A stretch of DNA of 64,000 bases from a virus (IMGVR_UViG_3300025674_000023:23867-87866), one strand, 5' to 3'; positions 37,321-46,625 are shown, numbered from the stretch's first letter. Notes: generated by a model not told the origin, from the sequence alone. Numbers and translations: made by a program.

Positions 37321-37575
37321 ATGCCAGATCCAAGGGATTCAAATTTGCCTGAACCTCTACAGCATGTGGAACGTGATTGGTATAAGTATCGTCATGGTGG
37401 TCTTGAAGTCAAGTCTGTAAATATTCTCCGACTCATTAGTGAGTTAGAGGGTTCTTACCAATTGTGTAAGTATATGGCATTTGATGACGACATGGAGATT
37501 CTTGAAGAAATGAAATCGAGATACTATAAAATGTATTTCAGACTTTCCAAGCAAGAAAAATCCTTGCTTGACTGA
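37321..37575 (+). CDS. Hypothetical protein
   Basis: ORF between tRNAs. Confidence 0.6.
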   Translation: MPDPRDSNLPEPLQHVERDWYKYRHGGLEVKSVNILRLISELEGSYQLCKYMAFDDDMEILEEMKSRYYKMYFRLSKQEKSLLD

Positions 37576-37579
37576 GTAT

Positions 37580-37653
37580 TCCCGTTTAGCTCAGTTGGTA
37601 GTAGCGTTTGACTGTTAATCAAAATGTCGCTGGTTCGAGCCCAGCAACGGGAG
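37580..37653 (+). tRNA. tRNA-Asn(GTT)
   Basis: TCCCGTT/AACGGGA; TTTGA-CTGTTAA-TCAAA. Confidence 0.93.
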
Positions 37654-37689
37654 TTATCGGTATAAATAAAAAAAGTTATACCGATAATA

Positions 37690-38007
37690 ATGGCAAAGAT
37701 AGAAACCAGAACTTACGCCGAAAGAAAAGCAAAAGATCCTGAATGGGCGAAAAAAATGTCTGAAAGGACATCTGCGACCAGAAGGAAGAATGTAGCGATT
37801 CTAAAAGAGGAAGCAGGAAACTGTTGCTCTCGGTGTGGTTATGATAAATGTCTTGCCGCATTAGAATTTCATCATACTGACCCAACTGCAAAGGAAGGTG
37901 GTATAATAGGTTCTACTGCTTCTCTTGCTAAACAACGAGCAGAAGCAGAAAAGTGTATTCTCGTTTGTGCTAACTGCCATAGAGAAATACACAACCCGCC
38001 CCTGTAG
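37690..38007 (+). CDS. HNH endonuclease (free-standing, homing type)
   Basis: CSRCGY...LEFHH.DP...KCILVCANCHREIH; stop codon lies inside tRNA-Thr. Confidence 0.88.
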   Translation: MAKIETRTYAERKAKDPEWAKKMSERTSATRRKNVAILKEEAGNCCSRCGYDKCLAALEFHHTDPTAKEGGIIGSTASLAKQRAEAEKCILVCANCHREIHNPPL

Positions 38008-38069
38008 CACAACGGTAGTGCATCTCACTTGTAATGAGAAGGTTGCTGGTTCGAATCCAGTCAGTGGCT
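37998..38069 (+). tRNA. tRNA-Thr(TGT)
   Basis: GCCCCTG/CAGTGGC (one mismatch); TCTCA-CTTGTAA-TGAGA. Confidence 0.9.
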
Positions 38070-38097
38070 TGACAAGATTACAATCTTGTCTTATAAT
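38069..38097 (+). promoter_or_regulatory. Sigma70-type promoter with a palindromic spacer
   Basis: TTGACA, 17 nt, TATAAT; contains GACAAGATT-ac-AATCTTGTC. Confidence 0.75.
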
Positions 38098-38146
38098 CCC
38101 TTCCGTGTGAAAGATGCGTTGAGGAGAGAAATCTCCTCGCCCCTTT

Positions 38147-38217
38147 GCGAAATTGGTGTAGTGGTAACATCCCATCCTTCCAAGTTGGTGTCACGGGTTC
38201 GAATCCCGTATTTCGCT
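38147..38217 (+). tRNA. tRNA-Gly(TCC)
   Basis: GCGAAAT/ATTTCGC; anticodon loop CT-TCC-AA; GGTTCGAATCC. Confidence 0.9.
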
Positions 38218-38357
38218 TTCGGGAAACCGAATCTCCCGAAACTGTATAAATAATAGACCTTTTGTTTATTTTTGTAACAAAAGGCAACACAGAACCAAGT
38301 CGAGGTTCTTAACATCTGTGGGTAACCATTCCACAAGTAAAAAACGAGGTATCTAAA

Positions 38358-38723
38358 ATGATTAAATCTGTAATCGCAGCTGCTGCTGCAACTCCTTTCC
38401 TGGCTTCTGCTGCCCTTGCAGGTCCTTATGTTAATGTCGAAACCAACGCTGGTTGGTCCGGTGCTGACTATGGCGGTGCTGCAACTGATCTGCATCTTGG
38501 TTTTGAAGGTAGCGAAGGCGTTCTGGGTTATTACATCCAGGGCGGTCCTGCTTTCCTGACTCCTGATGGTGGCGATAGCGAAACCGTCTTCACAGGTAAG
38601 GTAGGCGCTTCTGTTGCCGCTACCCAGAACCTGGGTGTATATGGCGAGTTCTCCATGGCAACTGCTGCTGATGGCGGTGACAATGGTTATGGTGGCAAAC
38701 TGGGCGTTAAGTATAAGTTCTGA
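38358..38723 (+). CDS. Small outer-membrane beta-barrel-like protein
   Basis: Signal peptide, ALAGPYV, alternating beta strands, C-terminal KYKF. Confidence 0.75.
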   Translation: MIKSVIAAAAATPFLASAALAGPYVNVETNAGWSGADYGGAATDLHLGFEGSEGVLGYYIQGGPAFLTPDGGDSETVFTGKVGASVAATQNLGVYGEFSMATAADGGDNGYGGKLGVKYKF

Positions 38724-38774
38724 TATTAATATCAGGTAATTCTAACCTCCTCTTAAAGGGGAGGTTTTTTTATG

Positions 38775-38859
38775 GTTAAAATTAAGTTAACCTTGCTTAA
38801 ATACAGAGATTTGTTCTTTAATTGACCTTAACTACAATATCAAAATTTTTTGATATAAT
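38775..38859 (+). promoter_or_regulatory. Pho-box-like TTAA repeats and -10 box
   Basis: TTAA at 38776, 38787, 38797, 38818 and 38828 (10-11 bp phasing); TATAAT at 38854; upstream of the pstS operon. Confidence 0.65.
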
Positions 38860-38910
38860 ATGTGGGTCTTCAACGGACAAACTCGAAAACACTAGAAAAG
38901 GAAATTTCAA

Positions 38911-39267
38911 ATGAAAGCAATCGCTCTTGCCGCACTGGCAATTCCTATGGTGACGGCACCTGCCCTTGCTGGCCCCTATGTGTCCACCAAGTCTGAATTT
39001 AAGTTCTCTGATGAGAATTATAAAGAAGCAGTCAATCAGGCACGTCTGGGTTATGACTGGAAAGTTGGTGCTCTGAAGCCCTACGTTGAAGTTGGTGGTG
39101 GTGCTAAGACTCCTGACGGTGGTGACTCCAAAGGATTCACTGCTGCTGAACTTGGAACCGCTATTGCACTGACTAATAAACTTTCTGCAAAAGCAAAGGC
39201 AGAGTTCATCAATCTTTCTGACAAGACTGATTGGAAGGTTGAGATTGGCACTAAGTACAAGTTCTGA
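38911..39267 (+). CDS. Small outer-membrane beta-barrel-like protein preceding pstS
   Basis: Paralogue of 38358-38723 (ALAGPYV, TPDGGDS, KYKF). Confidence 0.75.
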   Translation: MKAIALAALAIPMVTAPALAGPYVSTKSEFKFSDENYKEAVNQARLGYDWKVGALKPYVEVGGGAKTPDGGDSKGFTAAELGTAIALTNKLSAKAKAEFINLSDKTDWKVEIGTKYKF

Positions 39268-39279
39268 TAGAGGATATAA

Positions 39280-40278
39280 ATGAAACTCAAACCCATGCAA
39301 AAGACTCTGGCAATTGTTGTTGGAGCAACCGTAGTTGGTGGTGGTATTCTTGCTGCTTGCTCACCTAATGAGCAAGCATCTAAGAAATTTACTTTGAATG
39401 GTGCTGGTGCTACGTTCCCCGCAATGTTGTATCAAAACTGGACACAATCCTTTGCTCAGGATACTGGTAATCAAGTAAACTATCAAGCAGTTGGTAGTGG
39501 TGCTGGTGTTCGTCAGTTCAAGGCAAAGACCGTTGATTTCGGTGCCTCTGATGGTGCCGTAAGTGATGCTAAGCAACCTGCTGAAGGTATGGTTCACATC
39601 CCCATGACCGGTGGTGCTATTGTTCCTGCCTACAATCTGCCTGGTTGTGATGCCAAGATGACACAGACGCAACTTGCTGATGTGTTCCTTGGCAAGATCA
39701 CTAACTGGTCCACTTTTGGGTGTGCAGATAAGCAAATTGCTACTGTTCATCGTTCTGATGGTTCTGGTACTACCAAAGGTTTCACCAACTCTCTGTCCGC
39801 ATTCTCTCCTGAGTGGAAAGAAAAGGTCGGCACTGGTAAATCTGTAATGTGGCCAGTTGGTGTTGGTGCCAAGGGTAACTCTGGTGTTGCTGCACAGATT
39901 AAGAATACTCCTGGTGCTATTGGTTATGTGAACTATGGTTATGTGAAGACAGGTCTGCAACAAGTTGCTATCCAAAATAAGGCAGGTAATTATGTCACAG
40001 CATCTGCTGAAACTGCTTCTGCAGGACTTGGCAAAATTGTTCTTGACTCTCAGTTGCGTGGCGCTGACGCTAACCCCGCAGGTGAAAATGCTTATCCTAT
40101 CGTCTCCCTGACTTGGATTCTTGCATATCCTGAGTATGAGAAGAATGAAGATGTAAAGACTATGCTTCGTTACATGCTGACTCCTACTCAGCAACAGAAG
40201 GCAGACTCTCTTGGTTATGTTCCTCTTCCCGAAGAACTTCGTCAAAAAGCACTTGCTGCTGTTGAAACTCTGAAGTAA
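39280..40278 (+). CDS. pstS: Phosphate ABC transporter substrate-binding protein
   Basis: GAGATFP, GSGAG, DFGASD, RSDGSGTT, AYPI. Confidence 0.96.
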   Translation: MKLKPMQKTLAIVVGATVVGGGILAACSPNEQASKKFTLNGAGATFPAMLYQNWTQSFAQDTGNQVNYQAVGSGAGVRQFKAKTVDFGASDGAVSDAKQPAEGMVHIPMTGGAIVPAYNLPGCDAKMTQTQLADVFLGKITNWSTFGCADKQIATVHRSDGSGTTKGFTNSLSAFSPEWKEKVGTGKSVMWPVGVGAKGNSGVAAQIKNTPGAIGYVNYGYVKTGLQQVAIQNKAGNYVTASAETASAGLGKIVLDSQLRGADANPAGENAYPIVSLTWILAYPEYEKNEDVKTMLRYMLTPTQQQKADSLGYVPLPEELRQKALAAVETLK

Positions 40279-40318
40279 TTCTGCTATAATACGGGGGATT
40301 TTTATCCCCCCCTTTTTT

Positions 40319-40534
40319 ATGGTTCCATTTTATATTGATATCAATTACCAAAAGGTAGAAGTTCCACAAGAGATTCTTCTCTATTGTGACTACTTTACTG
40401 TTGATGCAAAACGTGAAGATCTTCGTTATCTTGATTGCGTTTATATGAATATGGGAATTTATGGAAATATTCCAGAACAAATGAGAGAAATGCGTCGTAG
40501 ATATGGGTATCAAGTTCGACCCATATTTGAGTGA
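40319..40534 (+). CDS. Hypothetical protein
   Basis: ORF track. Confidence 0.55.
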   Translation: MVPFYIDINYQKVEVPQEILLYCDYFTVDAKREDLRYLDCVYMNMGIYGNIPEQMREMRRRYGYQVRPIFE

Positions 40535-40559
40535 TATATAATACAGAATTTCAGATATT

Positions 40560-40745
40560 GTGAATATAAAACTTTGGTATTCAAAAGGAATGGGACAGTG
40601 GCGTTGGACACTCACAGAACAGTGGGGAAATGGCAACGTGCATAAAGAACAACATTCTGGTCAACAACCATTTCTAAGAGATGCCATGGAAGATGTTGCC
40701 AATACTGTAGAGTATATGCTACAATGTAGAGATAAGGGCGATTAG
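40560..40745 (+). CDS. Hypothetical protein
   Basis: QWRWTL...SGQQPFLRDAM; stop codon inside tRNA-Val. Confidence 0.55.
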   Translation: MNIKLWYSKGMGQWRWTLTEQWGNGNVHKEQHSGQQPFLRDAMEDVANTVEYMLQCRDKGD

Positions 40746-40807
40746 CGCAGCGGTAGCGCATCTGCTTTACACGCAGTTGGTCATTGGTTCGAATCCGATA
40801 TTGCCCA
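40736..40807 (+). tRNA. tRNA-Val(TAC)
   Basis: GGGCGAT/ATTGCCC; anticodon loop TT-TAC-AC; GGTTCGAATCC. Confidence 0.9.
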
Positions 40808-40843
40808 TTATAAATAACATGACAATGAGTAGTTTATCTTGTC

Positions 40844-41101
40844 ATGGAAAGAGTTAAAATAAGATGTAAAGTCTGTAATAGAGAGTTAGAAGGTCTTCCA
40901 AGTAAGTCAGTATCATGTGGTTGTTCAAATATGACAACCATTCGTGGAGATAAAATCTCTGCTGTTGACTTATCGCAGGTTGTTATGCTAAACTCTTATA
41001 GGTCAGAAACTAAAAAAGGATTTTTGACTAGCGAAGATATTGCCTGGCAAGAGGCAAGAAGACAACGCAAAGTTCGTAAACTCGATTTTGAGGTTCGTTA
41101 G
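40844..41101 (+). CDS. Small Cys-containing hypothetical protein
   Basis: CKVC...CGC. Confidence 0.7.
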   Translation: MERVKIRCKVCNRELEGLPSKSVSCGCSNMTTIRGDKISAVDLSQVVMLNSYRSETKKGFLTSEDIAWQEARRQRKVRKLDFEVR

Positions 41102-41187
41102 GAAGGTCAAGCCGATAGGTGACGGCAGCTGTCTTGAAAACAGTCGAGGTGTTAAATCCCTTAGGCGTTCGATTCGCCTACCTTCCG
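41101..41187 (+). tRNA. tRNA-Ser(TGA)
   Basis: GGAAGGT/ACCTTCC; GCTGT-CTTGAAA-ACAGT; long variable arm. Confidence 0.92.
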
Positions 41188-41813
41188 TTTAAATCTTAAT
41201 ATTTTCTTCAACACTTTGTGTATTTCAACACAAAGTTGACGTTTTCAAACTTCAAACTATTATATCTAGTGTATAGTTTGGGGGGAAATGTATGGATGAT
41301 CACACCTATAATAATTGGGTGAAAGTTAAAGCAACATTTGAAGCATCAGGTAATATTGATAACATATTTTACAAAAGAGCATGTGAAATTGTTAAAACTA
41401 AAAAAGATCCTCTTGCAAAATATCTTGGAGATGAAAAATGAGGTCACCATGTTAGGTAATGTCTTATTGTGGGTAGCAATTCCTTTTGTCTTATCTACAA
41501 TATTTTTTGGTTTCTTTAAAGGAGAAACTCAGTACTACAATTCAGATAAGTACAAAGGAAATGGAACCGCACATTAAAAGTCGGTATCATTTTGCATTAG
41601 CATCTTTTGCAAGAATGTTTACTCCTCCCAAAGTTGACCAAAGAATGTTTAATTTTTGTCGTGAGTGGTCTTATGGAGAAGGAGAAGCACCATTAGGAAG
41701 TTTAGTAGAGGTAGATAACTACTTCAGACACTTATGGTATCGTACCTATTAATTTCAGGTTTTTTCATATCATTTGGTTTATTTCTGTTCATACTTTCGG
41801 TTTTTTCAGAATA

Positions 41814-42023
41814 ATGGAATCAGTAATCTTATTTGCCTGTTTTTTACCTTTGGCAATCATCTACATAGTAATGAAGTTAGCGGTATGGTTGTCCGCAGTA
41901 AATGCCGAAAAAGAATATGTCAGAAAAGAACCATCTAGAGAACGAGGACCCTATTTGGAAAACGTATATGCTGACGTTGATGAAGAGGAAGAGGAATATG
42001 GAAATCGCACAGATTATCGATAA
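41814..42023 (+). CDS. Small membrane protein, one of several tiny ORFs in 41290-42220
   Basis: N-terminal TM helix, acidic tail. Confidence 0.55.
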   Translation: MESVILFACFLPLAIIYIVMKLAVWLSAVNAEKEYVRKEPSRERGPYLENVYADVDEEEEEYGNRTDYR

Positions 42024-42283
42024 GGCACTTGAAGAACATTATTCATCATTGGGATTACCAGTTCCAAATTGGAAAAGATCAGATCCTGATTGGTGGATTA
42101 ATTATTTAAAAAATTTAAAAATAGATCCTAAAAATCCATGAAACTTTTATTAAGTAGTGTAGTAATTTGGAGTTTAATTATTACACTAATAATCTGGGGT
42201 TTAAATAACGCTTATCCACAATGATACAATTAGTAAGAACCATCATAAATAATGATTATTCCTTCGGGTTCCTTTGCTTCCTC

Positions 42284-42312
42284 TTGACAATGGGACCATT
42301 TATAGGTATAAT
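42284..42312 (+). promoter_or_regulatory. Sigma70-type promoter
   Basis: TTGACA, 17 nt, TATAAT. Confidence 0.75.
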
Positions 42313-42384
42313 GCTCATACATCCAAAAGAGGATAGATGAAATTCCTTTTATAAATATTTGGGAATATTCCTAATACTCCCAAA

Positions 42385-42765
42385 ATGGAAACCAGAACTT
42401 GTAAAAAATGTGGTGTTGAACATCATTTAGACTTGTCTAATTTTCCAAGTGCTGGTAAAATAAAAGGAGTTCAATACTACCGTCACAAGTGCATTCCTTG
42501 CTATTCTAAACAGAAAGGTAAGGAAGCAGGAAAGAGGGTAGATAAATTCAGGGAATATAAAAAGACCCTGAAATGTAATCGTTGTGGATATGATGATTAC
42601 AGGGCATTAGAGTTCCACCATACAGACGATAACAAAGAGGGAAACCCAAGTGTTGTTGCAAGACAAAAGTCTTGGGGAAATGTTATAGAGGAACTCAATA
42701 AATGCGAAGTCTTGTGTTCCAATTGTCATAGGATAGAACACTTTCACTACCGGAGTATCGCCTAA
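42385..42765 (+). CDS. HNH endonuclease with an N-terminal Zn ribbon
   Basis: CKKC...CIPC; CNRCGY...LEFHH...CEVLCSNCHRIEH; stop codon inside tRNA-Pro. Confidence 0.88.
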   Translation: METRTCKKCGVEHHLDLSNFPSAGKIKGVQYYRHKCIPCYSKQKGKEAGKRVDKFREYKKTLKCNRCGYDDYRALEFHHTDDNKEGNPSVVARQKSWGNVIEELNKCEVLCSNCHRIEHFHYRSIA

Positions 42766-42826
42766 CTTGGTCATGGCACCGCTTTTGGGAAGCGGAATAA
42801 TCTCAGTTCAAATCTGAGTACTCCGA
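42751..42826 (+). tRNA. tRNA-Pro(TGG)
   Basis: CGGAGTA/TACTCCG; CCGCT-TTTGGGA-AGCGG. Confidence 0.9.
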
Positions 42827-42901
42827 TTGCCAGTTTCACGACTGGCACACTTGACTAAATACCTATCAAACCTTATAATAATTGGGTAAACAACACAGAC
42901 A

Positions 42902-43117
42902 ATGGCACTGACTGAAAAGTTCAAGAAAGATGTCAGCACTCTTCGAGCTGCTTCTAAAGGAGATTTTTTTCTGGATGTAAAGAATCCGAAACTTTACAAA
43001 AAACTTTTTCGATATTATAAAAATGAAGGAGTGATTTTTTCTGGTGATCCACTTGATGATTACGAAATGATCATGGAATATGTTTCTCAAGATCTTGAAT
43101 ATGTAGAAGTTATGTAA
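42902..43117 (+). CDS. Conserved cyanophage hypothetical protein
   Basis: LDVKNPKLYKK...FSGDPLDDY; promoter TTGACT-17-TATAAT at 42851-42879. Confidence 0.7.
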   Translation: MALTEKFKKDVSTLRAASKGDFFLDVKNPKLYKKLFRYYKNEGVIFSGDPLDDYEMIMEYVSQDLEYVEVM

Positions 43118-43701
43118 TGCAAGAGTTTTCAATTGATGTTAATTACCCATCTTTTATATCTGGATGGGTAATTGATGAAAATATTTGTGATCAAGTAATT
43201 GACTTTTTTAAAGAAGATAATTACTTTCCACGTAATCCTGGAATGACAACAGCTGGTCTGAATAAAGAAGTTAAAGATTCTATTGATAAAGTTATTTCAA
43301 ATAATACTCATGATATGAGAATGAGTAATTATTTTACTTGCCTTTCTCAAGTTCTTAGTCTTTATCTTGATAAGTATCAATTCTCTAATAGCACCGTTTC
43401 GTCATTTTGTATTACTGAAACAGTTAACATACAAATGTATAATCCTGGTGGAGGATTTAAGTCTTTTCATACTGAAAGAGATGGAAGTATTCAAGCTATG
43501 AATAGACATCTAGCTTTTATGACTTATTTGAATGATGTAAATGACGGTGGAGAAACTGAATGGTATTATCAACAAATCAAAATTAAACCTAAAAAAGGAT
43601 TAACATTATTTTGGCCAGTTGACTGGACTCATACACACAGAGGAATACCATCACCTACGGAAGAAAAATATATAATAACAGGATGGTATAGTTTTAAATA
43701 A
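43117..43701 (+). CDS. 2OG-Fe(II) oxygenase
   Basis: HTE, FMTYLNDV.DGGET, WTHTHRG, KYIITGW. Confidence 0.9.
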   Translation: MQEFSIDVNYPSFISGWVIDENICDQVIDFFKEDNYFPRNPGMTTAGLNKEVKDSIDKVISNNTHDMRMSNYFTCLSQVLSLYLDKYQFSNSTVSSFCITETVNIQMYNPGGGFKSFHTERDGSIQAMNRHLAFMTYLNDVNDGGETEWYYQQIKIKPKKGLTLFWPVDWTHTHRGIPSPTEEKYIITGWYSFK

Positions 43702-43705
43702 AATC

Positions 43706-43890
43706 GTCACGGATGGACGTTAACAGCACTGGTCGGGAACCCCCCCCTTCAAGTCATGGAGAGACTTTAAAAATACTGGTGGAGTCATATGACCCTCTAT
43801 GGTTTCTTGTTTCCTAAAAACAAGTGGTGCGGATGGAGGTAACTCCCGCCTGGTTTCTTGTTTCCAGTTAAAGAACAAGTGGCGAGCCTG
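43706..43890 (+). ncRNA. Structured ncRNA, probably a manA-type (or wcaG-type) cyanophage motif
   Basis: Duplicated GGTTTCTTGTTTCC...AACAAGTGG modules, repeated ACTGGTSG, several hairpins; upstream of a sugar epimerase. Family assignment is from memory only. Confidence 0.55.
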
Positions 43891-43900
43891 AATAATACTT

Positions 43901-43935
43901 AGACGGTTGACAACAACCGTCTTTTTTAGTATGAT
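43901..43935 (+). terminator. Terminator with an embedded sigma70 promoter for the glycan island
   Basis: AGACGGTTG-acaa-CAACCGTCT followed by a T run; TTGACA at 43907, 17 nt, TATGAT at 43930. Confidence 0.75.
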
Positions 43936-43959
43936 ATATACAAAAGAATTAATATCTTT

Positions 43960-45006
43960 ATGCCTCAATATGTCAAAAAAGCACTTATATTGGGTGCTGG
44001 TGGATTTATTGGAAGTCACATGGTCAAAAGACTCAAGTCTGAAGGATATTGGGTTCGTGGTGTAGATCTTAAAAGACCGGAATTTTCTGAAACTAAAGCA
44101 GACGAATTTATTCAAGGAGATTTACGTGATGTAGATTTTGTTCGTCGAGTTTTAGAATATAAGGGAGATCGAGGTAACTTCTACCATTCGGTTCCTTATC
44201 GTTATATTCAATGTTTTGATGAGATCTATCAGTTTGCTGCTGATATGGGTGGAGCAGGTTTCGTTTTTACTGGCGAAAACGATGCTGATATTATGCACAA
44301 TTCAGTTACTATTAATCTGAATGTGCTTGAATGTCAGCGCAAGATGAATGAAGAAAAGGGTAAAAATACTACCAAGATCTTCTACTCTGGATCTGCTTGT
44401 ATGTATCCTGAGCATAATCAACTCGATCCTGATAACCCAGATTGCCGTGAAGAATCCGCATATCCCGCAAATCCAGATTCGGAATATGGATGGGAAAAAC
44501 TTTTCTCAGAGCGTCTATACTTTGCCTACAATCGTAACTACGGTATTCCTGTACGTGTTGCTCGCTATCATAATATCTTTGGTCCGGAAGGCACCTGGGA
44601 CGGTGGAAGAGAGAAAGCACCAGCTGCAATCTGCCGCAAAGTTGCTCTCCTCCCGGAGTCAGGTGGATCTATCGAAGTGTGGGGAGACGGTCTACAAACT
44701 CGTTCCTTCCTGTACATTGATGAATGCATCGAAGCAACTAGAAGATTGATGGATAGCGACTTCATGGGACCTGTGAATATCGGTTCTGAAGAAATGGTCA
44801 CTATCAATCAATTGGTAGATACTGCTGCTAAAGTTGCTGGTAAGACTGTAGAGAAAAACCATATTGATGGTCCTCTTGGTGTTCGTGGTCGTAACTCTAA
44901 TAATGATTTGATTAGAGAAAAACTTGGTTGGGATTATTCACAGACACTAGAAGAAGGCATTCGTAAAACATACGAGTGGATTAACATACAGATTGAAAAA
45001 CGATGA
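43960..45006 (+). CDS. NAD-dependent epimerase, GDP-mannose 3,5-epimerase-like
   Basis: GAGGFIG, AADMGG, SACMYP, YGWEK, GGREKAPAA, GVRGRNS. Confidence 0.88.
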   Translation: MPQYVKKALILGAGGFIGSHMVKRLKSEGYWVRGVDLKRPEFSETKADEFIQGDLRDVDFVRRVLEYKGDRGNFYHSVPYRYIQCFDEIYQFAADMGGAGFVFTGENDADIMHNSVTINLNVLECQRKMNEEKGKNTTKIFYSGSACMYPEHNQLDPDNPDCREESAYPANPDSEYGWEKLFSERLYFAYNRNYGIPVRVARYHNIFGPEGTWDGGREKAPAAICRKVALLPESGGSIEVWGDGLQTRSFLYIDECIEATRRLMDSDFMGPVNIGSEEMVTINQLVDTAAKVAGKTVEKNHIDGPLGVRGRNSNNDLIREKLGWDYSQTLEEGIRKTYEWINIQIEKR

Positions 45007-45773
45007 TTTTTTATGTTCGCCTTCAGGGAGGTATGGGAAATCAAATGTTCCAATATGCTGCTGCTCTTTCTACTCTAAAAGAACATTCAGAGTTTAAAAA
45101 TTTTAAGATCGATACTTCTTTCTATCGTGGTCAAGAAAGAAAGGTGATTAAAAAAGGATTGACTGGTCGTGGTTATGATCTAAATCTTTTTAATGTTGAT
45201 CGTGAACTTGAGGATGCTCCTGAAGGTGCGGTATTACTGGAAGGTTGGTTTCAGAACTATAATGAGTTTAAAGTTGTAGAAAATGAGATCAGGAAACAAT
45301 TTGAATTTAAGATCAAATTTAATTTACATATTGAAGAGAAAAGACAGGAGATTCTTTCACAAGAAAACTCTGTAAGTATACATGTTCGTAGGGGAGACTT
45401 TATCAATAATCCTACTGCATTTAAACATAACTATCATATGGGCACTGATTACTATCAGAAATCTATGGAAATTTTGGAGGATAAATATGACACACTTACT
45501 TATTATGTTTTCTCTGAAGACATTGAATGGTGTAAAAAAAATATAAAAAATGACAAACAAGAAGTTGTTTATATTGGTAGTGCATATGATGGTCAACAAG
45601 ATTCTGGTCATATGTATTTGATGAGATCATGTAAAAATCATATCATTGCCAATAGCACATATAGTTGGTGGTCGGCTTTTCTTTCAAATACTAATACTGT
45701 TATTGGACCATCCAAATGGTTTACTAATGGAACTGGATCTGATATTATGTTAGACAATTGGATTATAATATGA
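45003..45773 (+). CDS. Alpha-1,2-fucosyltransferase (GT11)
   Basis: GGMGNQMFQYA, HVRRGD, IANSTYSWW. Confidence 0.88.
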   Translation: MIFYVRLQGGMGNQMFQYAAALSTLKEHSEFKNFKIDTSFYRGQERKVIKKGLTGRGYDLNLFNVDRELEDAPEGAVLLEGWFQNYNEFKVVENEIRKQFEFKIKFNLHIEEKRQEILSQENSVSIHVRRGDFINNPTAFKHNYHMGTDYYQKSMEILEDKYDTLTYYVFSEDIEWCKKNIKNDKQEVVYIGSAYDGQQDSGHMYLMRSCKNHIIANSTYSWWSAFLSNTNTVIGPSKWFTNGTGSDIMLDNWIII

Positions 45774-45842
45774 ACATTACTATAAACTAGTATTGGTGAT
45801 ATTATCTCTAAAGTTTTTAATAAAATAAAAAGGAGTATGTAA

Positions 45843-46625
45843 GTGACAAAAGTTAGTACTATCACACCATGTTATAACATGAAGAAGTACATGGGTGGTT
45901 TCCTGAAAAATCTTAGGATTCAAACTCATAAAGATTTGGAGATTGTTATTGATCATAATGATCCTGATCCAAAGGAGATTGAACTTATTAATAGACACAA
46001 TGAAAAGTATAACAATGTAATACACATCAAAGTAGAAGATGGTGTTGATCCAATTGGTATTTCAATGAATCGTTGTATTGAATATGCATCTGGCGATTAC
46101 CTTTGTATCTGGAACGTAGATGATCTTAGAACTCCTGAGTCTATTGAGATCATGGCTAGTACACTAGATGAGAATCCTGATGTGGGATTTGTTTATGGTA
46201 ACTTTGAGATTGTCGATCAGTTTGAAACATTCGATGGTAGATTGGTAGACGAGACAGGTAAAGAAGAATACCTTACAAAGGGTATGATCCTTGGTCCTTT
46301 CTTTATGTTTAGAAAGTCTTGTATTGAAACCTCTGGTGTCTTTGATGAACAACTTGTTTCTGGTGCAGACTTTGATTTTGCTTTGAGATTAGCTTACAAT
46401 CACAAAGGTCTACACATTCCTGAGGTATTGGGATACTATCTTGATGAAGGACTTGGAGCAAGTACTCGTCCAAATAGTAAACAACCTCTTGAGAGAACTG
46501 TTATTGAACTTCGCTATGGATTAAATGTTCTAGAACCTCATTTGATTCCTGAAGCAGAAAAGTATGATGTGGAAAATATCATCGTTGACAATGTTAAAAC
46601 CCCTGCTCTGAGTTATAAAAAATGA
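45843..46625 (+). CDS. Glycosyltransferase family 2
   Basis: KVSTITPCYN, NVDD, GADFDF. Confidence 0.85.
   Translation: MTKVSTITPCYNMKKYMGGFLKNLRIQTHKDLEIVIDHNDPDPKEIELINRHNEKYNNVIHIKVEDGVDPIGISMNRCIEYASGDYLCIWNVDDLRTPESIEIMASTLDENPDVGFVYGNFEIVDQFETFDGRLVDETGKEEYLTKGMILGPFFMFRKSCIETSGVFDEQLVSGADFDFALRLAYNHKGLHIPEVLGYYLDEGLGASTRPNSKQPLERTVIELRYGLNVLEPHLIPEAEKYDVENIIVDNVKTPALSYKK

Noticed and set aside
39361-40245. 294-aa antisense ORF over pstS, and similar ones over psbA (63142-63885), nrdA and gp44
   Set aside because: Shadow ORFs caused by codon bias of the sense gene; no motifs or expression signals.
43720-44115. 131-aa minus-strand ORF across the ncRNA and the epimerase start
   Set aside because: It overlaps a structured RNA, a terminator/promoter and a sense gene, and has no recognisable motifs.
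46413-46422. CACATTCCTG matching 10 of 12 nt of a unit 1 predicted target
   Set aside because: A 10-nt match is unremarkable in 64 kb read on both strands.
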